From contig JBBTBY010000027.1 of the NCBI GenBank assembly GCA_038043445.1, positions 56,153 to 120,152 on the forward strand: a stretch of 64,000 nt of DNA, read 5' to 3'. The notes beneath the pieces were generated by a model. The model ran no database searches. It saw only the letters and a list, made by a program, of their open reading frames with translations, and was not told the origin of the DNA. This DNA is from Spirochaetota bacterium (lineage in GTDB: Bacteria > Spirochaetota > Brachyspiria > Brachyspirales > JACRPF01). The position numbers were made by a program, and so were the translations under genes. Shown one piece after another: positions 57,284 to 64,000 of this stretch. Within the stretch, counting starts at the first letter, position 1. Every line of letters starts with the position of its first letter.

Positions 57284-58141
57284 TTGTTAGAATTGGTAAT
57301 CCCTATGGATACGGTGCACACATTCCTTGCCGGACTGCCGATCGAATGCCGCCGCGTTCTGTTCACGGTATCAGGCGCCTCGATCCGGACGATATCCGCG
57401 GGCGTTTTCCGCGCCCCGCGCGGGCTCCGCACGGTCGACCGGTTCGGCGAATATCGGTTCCTCTATGTGCTTTCCGGCAGCGGAACGTATCGCGACATCC
57501 GTGGTGTGCGTCGTGAACTTGTTCCGGGGAGCATCGTCCACCGCAAGCCGGGGCTTAAACACTCGATATCCCGGCGGACATCCGAACCGTGGATCGATTT
57601 CTATTTCACGCTTCCCTCGGCGATATATCAGTTCCTCGCGGCCAACGGATTCCTCCCGGATACCGATGTATCCGTGCCGGTGAAGAGCGCGGCGCTTGCC
57701 GCTGTCGGGACTTTTCTCCGCCGAATGCGGGGTGCTGCGATACCGATACGCCATCTTGGGGAGCTCTGTCACATGCTTGCATCACTCAATGAGTGCACTG
57801 CGGACGTGCCGAGGACACGCATCGAGCGTATCGTCGATGATGCCTGCGATGAACTTACGGGAGCGCCGAAAGGGGTGCCGAACATACCCGCAATAGCGGC
57901 GAGGCTTGGTATCGGGTACGAGACGTTCCGTAAGGAATTCAAGCGCATCACCGGGCATTCGCCGTATGCATACCATGTCCGCAGCACTATTGAACGCGCA
58001 CAGCGGCTCTTCGCCGAAGAGCGGATGAACGCGAGCGAGGCGGCGCGTGCGCTCGGCTACCCCGATCTCTATTCGTTCGTCAAGCAGTTCAAGCGATATA
58101 CCGGCGTAACACCGACGCAGTTCAGACGCTCGGTGCAATGA
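57284..58141 (+). CDS. AraC-family transcriptional regulator
   Basis: C-terminal 'IAARLGIGYETFRKEFKRITGHSPYAYHVRSTIERAQRLF...LGYPDLYSFVKQFKRYTGVTPTQFR'. The start may instead be the internal Met at 57305. Confidence 0.7.
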   Translation: MLELVIPMDTVHTFLAGLPIECRRVLFTVSGASIRTISAGVFRAPRGLRTVDRFGEYRFLYVLSGSGTYRDIRGVRRELVPGSIVHRKPGLKHSISRRTSEPWIDFYFTLPSAIYQFLAANGFLPDTDVSVPVKSAALAAVGTFLRRMRGAAIPIRHLGELCHMLASLNECTADVPRTRIERIVDDACDELTGAPKGVPNIPAIAARLGIGYETFRKEFKRITGHSPYAYHVRSTIERAQRLFAEERMNASEAARALGYPDLYSFVKQFKRYTGVTPTQFRRSVQ

Positions 58142-58162
58142 ACATCCGCCAGGAGGCATAGC

Positions 58163-59242
58163 ATGAGCTCACCCATCCATACTCTCGATGAGAATATGCG
58201 TACCGCGGATGTCGATACGAACGGCATACGCTGGCATCGTATCGATGAAGCCCCGTTCCGCGTGTCCGGCCTTGCGTGGTACGACACAGAAAAACGATTT
58301 CGCCGCATGCCGCTTACACCATCGCCGGGCATTCCGTCGGCGGTACGCTCGCTTTCCGATTGCACGTCAGGGGCGCAGCTTCAGTTCCATACCGAGAGCG
58401 CACGTGTCGCGGTTCGTGTGGCGCTTGCCGCACCGGCGGGCATGGACCATATGCCCTCGACGGGGCAATGCGGTCTCGACTGCTATATCGGCGAGGTGGG
58501 ATCCATGCGTTTTGCCGGCGTCACGCGCATCCCGTACGGCGCATCGAATTATGAAGTGCCGGTGCTTACCGCGAGCGCCCGGGAACGCCGCCGTATTACG
58601 CTCAATTTTCCGCTCTATCAGGGGGTGAAGTCGATCGCCATCGGCATCGAGGACGGCACTCGGATAGAGGCCCCGAAGGCGTATACTGTTGACGGGCGTA
58701 TCATCGTCTATGGTACATCGATAACGCAGGGAGGATGCGCAGCGCGTCCGGGGATGTGCTATACGAACATCCTGAGCAGACGCATCGATGCGGAGTTCAT
58801 CAATCTCGGTTTTTCCGGGAATGGACGCGGTGAACGTGAGGTAGCGGACGTGATCGCGCAGATAGAACGCCCGCGTTTATTCGTTCTCGACTATGAGGCG
58901 AATTGCGTTTCGGCGGAGCTGTACCGTACGACACTTCCTGCTTTCATTGGAACGTTGCGCGCGAAACATCCGGCAACGCCGATACTTGTCATATCGCGGA
59001 TACGATACGCGCATGAGAATATCAGTCCGACCAGGGACAGGGATGAGCGTCTCGTTTTTCAGCGCACGCTTGTTGAAGAGCTTCGCACACACGGGGATGC
59101 GAACATCCATTTTCTTGACGGTTCACCGCTCCTCGGGGATGATTTCGATGAATGCACGGTGGATGGCGTCCATCCCACCGATCTCGGTTTTCTGCGAATG
59201 GCGGACGGCATTGAACCGTCACTGCGGCGGATACTTGCGTGA
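58163..59242 (+). CDS. SGNH-hydrolase-like esterase
   Basis: 'IIVYGTSITQGG' block I, 'FSGNGRGE' block II-like, 'DGVHPTDLG' block V (DxxH). Confidence 0.55.
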   Translation: MSSPIHTLDENMRTADVDTNGIRWHRIDEAPFRVSGLAWYDTEKRFRRMPLTPSPGIPSAVRSLSDCTSGAQLQFHTESARVAVRVALAAPAGMDHMPSTGQCGLDCYIGEVGSMRFAGVTRIPYGASNYEVPVLTASARERRRITLNFPLYQGVKSIAIGIEDGTRIEAPKAYTVDGRIIVYGTSITQGGCAARPGMCYTNILSRRIDAEFINLGFSGNGRGEREVADVIAQIERPRLFVLDYEANCVSAELYRTTLPAFIGTLRAKHPATPILVISRIRYAHENISPTRDRDERLVFQRTLVEELRTHGDANIHFLDGSPLLGDDFDECTVDGVHPTDLGFLRMADGIEPSLRRILA

Positions 59243-59264
59243 GGATTTGGGTCGATGTATTTTA

Positions 59265-59293
59265 TTGACAAACGATGTCGCACAGATTATGAT
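59265..59293 (+). promoter_or_regulatory. Candidate sigma70 promoter for the TPM-domain gene
   Basis: TTGACA (59265-59270), 17-nt spacer, TATGAT (59288-59293). Confidence 0.45.
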
Positions 59294-59319
59294 GTGTTAT
59301 CTCGCCTAAGGACATCGTT

Positions 59320-60030
59320 ATGAATATGATCCTCCGGTCGCTCATCGTCGCGGTCGTATCATCGTGCTCGTTGTTCCCCGCAACGTATCCGGTGTATGAC
59401 GGCTATGTGACCGACTCGGCAGGCATCCTTGACGGCGCGTATCATGATTATCTCGAGAAACTTCTCACGGCGCTCGATACGCGAACGACGGCGCAGATCG
59501 CGGTTGCGATCATTCCGTCGCTCGAAGGGGAGGACCTCGCGTCATACAATGTCGAGTTGTTCAGGAAGTGGAACGTGGGCCGTGCGGGCAAGGACAACGG
59601 CATACTCTTTCTCATTGCCGTAAAGGAACGGCGCATGCGCATTCAGACCGGACACGGGCTGAAGGACGCATTGCCCGATGCTGCTGCTAAGAACATCCTC
59701 CACAATACCGTCCGGCCGCTGTTCAAGGCGTCGAAGATGACCGAGGGGATCACTGATGGGACCGAAGCCATTGCCGACGCTGCGGCGAAAAAATACGGCA
59801 TTACGCGCACTAGTCTCGGTGTTGAGCGTCCGTCACGGCAGGCAGCGGATATGGTGCCTGTGGAGACGACGATATCCGATGGTGCGCCGAAGCACGGTAA
59901 CGGCACTCCCTGGATACTCATCGTCCTCGTCATAGCTGTTACGATCGTCATCGTGGTCATCATACGGCGTTATTCGGGAAAAGCGGCGGAACGAATGAGG
60001 GCTGGCAGGGGGAACAGCATGGATCGCTGA
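59320..60030 (+). CDS. TPM-domain protein (YgcG/TLP18.3-like phosphatase domain) with C-terminal TM anchor
   Basis: 'YVTDSAGILDGAYHDYLEKLL...TTAQIAVAII...NGILFLIAVKERRMRIQTGHGL' is the TPM pattern. C-terminal 'WILIVLVIAVTIVIVVII' TM. Confidence 0.7.
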   Translation: MNMILRSLIVAVVSSCSLFPATYPVYDGYVTDSAGILDGAYHDYLEKLLTALDTRTTAQIAVAIIPSLEGEDLASYNVELFRKWNVGRAGKDNGILFLIAVKERRMRIQTGHGLKDALPDAAAKNILHNTVRPLFKASKMTEGITDGTEAIADAAAKKYGITRTSLGVERPSRQAADMVPVETTISDGAPKHGNGTPWILIVLVIAVTIVIVVIIRRYSGKAAERMRAGRGNSMDR

Positions 60031-60131
60031 TTACAGCAACAGATATTCATTGCGGGCTCGCAAAGAACTGCCCGTCTTGTCGGGAACGGGTGCTCTATGC
60101 TTTGCCGAATGTGTAAGAAAATGGGGGCAAT

Positions 60132-60443
60132 ATGCATCTGATACAGATCCTTCTTCCGTTGTACGACAACGCGAGGAGAAAATTCCCGCACAGGGAATAT
60201 GCACAGGTCGCCAACGATCTTGCAGAGCGCTTCGGCGGAATTACGACCTATCGCCGCTCCCCCGCTGCGGGGCTTTGGAAAGAGACGCCGTCGATGTCCA
60301 CCATACATGACGATATAGTTATCTATGAGGTGATGACCGAGACCGTTGATACGGCATGGTGGCAGGAGTACAGAAAAGCACTTTCCATCAGGTTCAGGCA
60401 GGGCCTGCTTATTGTCAGGGCAAGCGAGATAACCATTCTATAA
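60132..60443 (+). CDS. Hypothetical protein (103 aa)
   Basis: ORF with no recognised motif; followed by a T7 tract. Confidence 0.3.
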   Translation: MHLIQILLPLYDNARRKFPHREYAQVANDLAERFGGITTYRRSPAAGLWKETPSMSTIHDDIVIYEVMTETVDTAWWQEYRKALSIRFRQGLLIVRASEITIL

Positions 60444-60450
60444 CACATAT

Positions 60451-60654
60451 CTATCTCAGCGCGGGGTGGCGTTTTTTTCTGCGCCTGTCCTTCGGGTTCA
60501 TATAATCTTTTAACGCTTCATTTACCACCCAATCGAACGATCGTCTGTTCGCCGCCGCCTCGAGCACTATCCGTTCCTTCATGTCCGCGGAGACCTGTAT
60601 ACTGCACGTTATCGGAGCGGTTTCGTCAGAAGTGTATCGTGCTTTCGATCTCAT
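60451..60654 (-). CDS. Ribbon-helix-helix (CopG/Arc-like) small DNA-binding protein
   Basis: 'ITCSIQVSADMKERIVLEAAANRRSFDWVVNEALKDYM' shows a beta-alpha-alpha RHH pattern. Confidence 0.45.
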   Translation of the reverse strand: MRSKARYTSDETAPITCSIQVSADMKERIVLEAAANRRSFDWVVNEALKDYMNPKDRRRKKRHPALR

Positions 60655-60699
60655 ATCGTGCTCCGTGCCGTTGACGCCGGGGGTCAGCGGGGTTTCGTA

Positions 60700-61356
60700 T
60701 CATTCCTCTCCGATGCCTGCTGTCTGTTCGGTGAATGCGCATTGTTCATTCATCGCTTCGCGGAGCACTCGTTTGATGTTCCAGAACAGCTGCTTCGTTT
60801 TTCCACGAGGGAGACTGTTCGCTGCGGCGACTGGATCGAGCTCTGTCTGTACCAATATCGCTTTTGCGTATCGTGAGCCGATGCCGGCGATGATGTTCTC
60901 CTTGACGAGAAAGTCATGTATCGTGGATGTCGCTGTCCTCAGGCGCCGGCGGAACATTGCGGTGTTGAATCGCTTGGTGAGCGGGTCGACGCCGATGTCA
61001 GGCAGCGGCGTTTCATCTTTGTTCACATAGAGGATGCGCGGCGCGCGGCTTTTTTCCGCCAGGTACAACAGAGATCGTGATGTCCTATACGTGATGCGCG
61101 CATCGGGGATGGCGAGTGGTTGAGGACTGAAATAGATGCGTGTGTGCGCCGAGGGAAGTACAATGAGGGCATCGCGCGAGAGCTGCAGATAGACCGCTTT
61201 CCCGTAGCGGGAGATATCGATGATCTTCTGTCCCCGCACACGAGCGGCATTCTCGCCGATAAGCGGATCGTGTACGATAACATCCTCGATATAGGCGTTC
61301 AATATCTCGCCGGCAAAACGCTCGGCGAGCTGCTGGGCTTCAGGCAGCTCGGGCAT
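60700..61356 (-). CDS. Fpg/Nei-family DNA glycosylase lacking the C-terminal zinc finger
   Basis: Starts 'MPELPEAQ' (catalytic Pro2, Glu3). H2TH region 'IHDFLVKENIIAGIGSRYAKAILVQTELDP' matches Fpg '[30 protein letters not shown]'. Ends ~50 aa early with no CxxC...CxxC. Confidence 0.65.
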   Translation of the reverse strand: MPELPEAQQLAERFAGEILNAYIEDVIVHDPLIGENAARVRGQKIIDISRYGKAVYLQLSRDALIVLPSAHTRIYFSPQPLAIPDARITYRTSRSLLYLAEKSRAPRILYVNKDETPLPDIGVDPLTKRFNTAMFRRRLRTATSTIHDFLVKENIIAGIGSRYAKAILVQTELDPVAAANSLPRGKTKQLFWNIKRVLREAMNEQCAFTEQTAGIGEE

Positions 61357-61366
61357 ACATGCCTCC

Positions 61367-62125
61367 TTACACCTGTGCATCGGAAGAATTCGTTTTTCCA
61401 TCCTCGGGTTTCGGCCTGCCGGGAATATCCGTGTCCCTGCCGAACGAGATCGAATCTGAAGAAAAGCGTTCGTGACGTACGTGTGAGAACCGGCCGCTGT
61501 CGCCGGAAGATGCGATCACTGCATGCGCGGTATCCGTTTCGTAAAACGCATCGATGGGGATCCAGTCGTCGTCACGGCTGTCTGAGAAGGACGCGCGGGC
61601 GGTGTGTATCACCCGGGAGCGCGCGAGCACGATAAAGGTGCCGTTCGCGGCATGAAATCCGAGCTCCCCGAAAAAATAATTATCCGGCATGCCGAGCATG
61701 ATATACCAGCTGCCGTAGTGGCAGGCGATCTCGATATCCGCATGGATGAATTTCAGATCTTGATTGCCGCTGTCGAGAAGCCGATACATGTGTATGTGCA
61801 GCTGCTGCGCATCGGTGGCATGCCGCGATCGGTCCTCATCGGAAATATCCCAGTAGGCAAAACACCATTCAGGGTCACGTTCCATGAGAGTGAGGCACGT
61901 CTCGTTGTATCGGTCCGGCAACTCCCTCGCGTGGTCGGCAAAATCGCTCACGATGGGCGATACGGAGAGCGCTCCGGCGAACGCGGAGGAAACGACCACG
62001 AGCGGGGGCGGCGGTTGTTCCTTTTCTATCGCAGAGTGCGGCGGTCGTTTTTTGAGAAGAGCCTTATTCTGGGCCGTTGATACAGTGCTCACGGCAGCGG
62101 CCTTCTTTTTTTTCGGCGAGGCCAT
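61367..62125 (-). CDS. DUF4912-domain protein
   Basis: N-terminal Lys/Pro-rich low-complexity region, then 'CLTLMERDPEWCFAYWDIS', which fits the DUF4912 'DPYWLFAYWEI' hallmark. Confidence 0.5.
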   Translation of the reverse strand: MASPKKKKAAAVSTVSTAQNKALLKKRPPHSAIEKEQPPPPLVVVSSAFAGALSVSPIVSDFADHARELPDRYNETCLTLMERDPEWCFAYWDISDEDRSRHATDAQQLHIHMYRLLDSGNQDLKFIHADIEIACHYGSWYIMLGMPDNYFFGELGFHAANGTFIVLARSRVIHTARASFSDSRDDDWIPIDAFYETDTAHAVIASSGDSGRFSHVRHERFSSDSISFGRDTDIPGRPKPEDGKTNSSDAQV

Positions 62126-62307
62126 TACTTCCTCCCGATGAGCGATATGTCGTAGAATGCAGCGAATATCGGCGCAACATCATCGGCACCCCGCTTGATG
62201 TTCAGAAAACATCTGCCGCAGACCATGGAACGCCCCGTGTCGTCGGGGCCGGCATTATATAACCTTGTTACGAAACGCGGGCAATGCTCGCAGAGCGCTG
62301 ATTCCAT
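62125..62307 (-). CDS. Small zinc-ribbon protein (CxxC-x20-CxxC)
   Basis: 60 aa 'MESALCEHCPRFVTRLYNAGPDDTGRSMVCGRCF...'. TAATG-type overlap with the DUF4912 start. Confidence 0.4.
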   Translation of the reverse strand: MESALCEHCPRFVTRLYNAGPDDTGRSMVCGRCFLNIKRGADDVAPIFAAFYDISLIGRK

Positions 62308-62508
62308 GTGAGCTCTCCTGGCGATTATTCTGTCGTCTTCTAAGATATTGAGTTGCAACAAATGTACCAAGGCATACCACGATTAATACGGTGGATATGT
62401 TCCATACAGATATTCAATTAATAACGATGAAATAGTATAGGGAAGCGTTCTTATGGATTCACACATGGTGAAAACCCCTGTTCGATTGCATAACAGTTGT
62501 GCATTGTA

Positions 62509-63945
62509 TCATTGGACATCGAGCGCAATGATGCTTATGTCGTCGTCGAACGTGTCGATGCCACGGAACGCAACGAGGCGTGAGTACAGTTTTTCTATGA
62601 ACACATGGTTGCGGAACGTCGACAGGTTCTGTAATTCCTGCGCGACCACGTTCTCGAATGTGGCTTCCCGATCATCTATTTTCTTTGCCTCGACCAGACC
62701 ATCCGTATACAGGAGCAGCGTGCTGTTCTTGGGCAGTTTTATGCTGACGTTCCGGTAATGCTGTTTTGACCCGATAAGCGAATCGTTGCCGGTGATGGCG
62801 ATCGGCATGCCGGTGTACTCCCTGAGTTCCATTTTTTTTATCTGCTTATCGACAAGGATGAACGGGGGGTTATGCGCCGCGTTGGCGAACACGAGCTCAT
62901 TGCTCGATGGTTGATAGACGCCATAGATGGCCGTCATGAAATTATCCGCGATCTGATTGTAGAGCACTTCGTTGAGATGCATGAGCATGGATGCGGGGTT
63001 GGCGGTATACCGCTGCCCCTCTTTCAGGATGCTTTTCACCATTGAGGTTATGAGCGCTGCCGGTACGCCGTGACCGGATACGTCGCCGATGAATATGCCC
63101 ATCTTGCCTTCGCCTAACGATAGAAAATCGAAAATGTCACCGCCCACTGCTTCCATCGGTTTGTAGAACGTAGCGATGTAGTCCACCGGGCTTTTGTCGG
63201 GGATCAGCTCCTGCTGTATCGTCCGTGCCATGGTAAGCTCTTTCTGTATCTTCAGATCTCGCTTTTTGAGTTCGTCCTTTTCGGCTTCAAGATCCCGCCG
63301 GGTGTCATCGATCATGCGCCGTTGCATGAAGTCGCTCCTGGTGTAGCGCTCCATGTGGTAATTGACGAACATGCCGATGACATTCGCGGAAATGAAGAAG
63401 AAATTATTGTTGATGAACCCGGTCACCAATTCCGGCGACATGAGCATCTTCTGGGAAAAGATCGCCGATGCCTCGTAGGCGATGACGACGGTCCAGCAAA
63501 CGATGATGGCGTAGAGCAGCCTGAGTCGTATCATCGTATAGACCCACATGATGACGAGGAGAAGCCCCGCATAATAGTAAAGCGTGCTTTCTTTTTCCAC
63601 TGCGATCGTTATCATTGCGACAATGCCGAGCCCGGTAACAAGGCTGACGGCGGCTAAGATGAGCTGCATGAACCTTCGATAGATATCGGTGAACGTGAGG
63701 AGGAACACGATGATAAGAACGGGACAGACAATCGCAAAGCGTATCAGCCATATATACTGTATGGAGATGGGGACGATATAGATGTCAAGGACGCCGAACG
63801 ATGCATAGAGGATGATGCCGAGCACCAACGCCACCCGGATGATGTTGAGCGACTTGGCGTAATAATCGGCTGAGAACGCTATTTCAAGTTCGGTCTCGAA
63901 GCAGAGGTTATGACGCTTCAGTTGAGCGCGGATAATTGAAGGCAT
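62509..63945 (-). CDS. Membrane-anchored PP2C-type Ser/Thr phosphatase (SpoIIE/RsbU family, 7TM N-domain)
   Basis: Several N-terminal TM helices, coiled-coil linker, and 'GGDIFDF...GDVSGHGVPAALITSMV' PP2C metal-binding motifs. Confidence 0.7.
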   Translation of the reverse strand: MPSIIRAQLKRHNLCFETELEIAFSADYYAKSLNIIRVALVLGIILYASFGVLDIYIVPISIQYIWLIRFAIVCPVLIIVFLLTFTDIYRRFMQLILAAVSLVTGLGIVAMITIAVEKESTLYYYAGLLLVIMWVYTMIRLRLLYAIIVCWTVVIAYEASAIFSQKMLMSPELVTGFINNNFFFISANVIGMFVNYHMERYTRSDFMQRRMIDDTRRDLEAEKDELKKRDLKIQKELTMARTIQQELIPDKSPVDYIATFYKPMEAVGGDIFDFLSLGEGKMGIFIGDVSGHGVPAALITSMVKSILKEGQRYTANPASMLMHLNEVLYNQIADNFMTAIYGVYQPSSNELVFANAAHNPPFILVDKQIKKMELREYTGMPIAITGNDSLIGSKQHYRNVSIKLPKNSTLLLYTDGLVEAKKIDDREATFENVVAQELQNLSTFRNHVFIEKLYSRLVAFRGIDTFDDDISIIALDVQ

Positions 63946-64000
63946 TGTTCATCCCCCGGTGTATTCCCTTTACCGTACGCGTTGCTATATGCGCGGACCG

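Noticed and set aside
60444-60480. Possible rho-independent terminator after the 103-aa ORF (gcgcggggtggcg + T7)
   Set aside because: The stem is only about 3 bp despite the T-run, which is too weak to call as a feature.
1-64000. Search for rRNA, tRNA or IS transposase
   Set aside because: No intergenic gap is long enough or has rRNA-like composition. No T-loop-like GGTTCGAATCC-type strings were seen in the gaps. No DDE/serine/tyrosine recombinase-like ORF was recognised.

Overview
This 64 kb window is gene-dense, high-GC (~60%) bacterial chromosome with about 60 protein-coding genes on both strands. I found no rRNA, tRNA, CRISPR array or intact transposase.

Housekeeping genes include hldA-type heptose-7-phosphate kinase, thyX, scpA/scpB, fcl, leuA and an Fpg/Nei-like glycosylase. 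Much of the window is carbohydrate-active content: several GH5 / GH-A-clan hydrolases (three carrying CBM4/9-like modules), two SGNH esterases, a CE1-type esterase, a lipase, a candidate sugar-acid catabolic cluster, and IclR/AraC regulators. One 1261-aa secreted protein ends in a Por/T9SS-type C-terminal sorting domain, which hints at an FCB-group-like, possibly uncultivated saccharolytic lineage. DUF327 and DUF4912 are otherwise spirochete/Firmicutes-associated. This lineage guess is tentative.

The most unusual features, in order of interest:
- At 17.2-18.7 kb an AT-rich cassette sits between convergent host genes. It carries a UPF0175/DUF3368 toxin-antitoxin pair plus two N-terminal gene fragments (a Mod-like methyltransferase and an SF2 helicase/Res-like), bracketed by ~85-nt inverted repeats of roughly 90% identity.
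- A second family of ~130-155-nt long-hairpin intergenic repeats occurs three times (20.3, 33.4 and 35.7 kb). It has 'CCACAGAG...CTCTGTGG'-type terminal inverted repeats.
- A palindromic core of the TA-flanking repeat recurs at 35.6 kb, pointing to REP-like repeat families.
- An Fpg/Nei glycosylase lacks its zinc finger and sits in an operon with a separate CxxC-x20-CxxC zinc-ribbon gene and a DUF4912 gene.
- A pair of uncharacterized GH-A-like TIM-barrel paralogs flank a GH39/GH30-like gene.
- A Thr/Ile-rich leader peptide plus hairpin upstream of leuA is a candidate attenuator.
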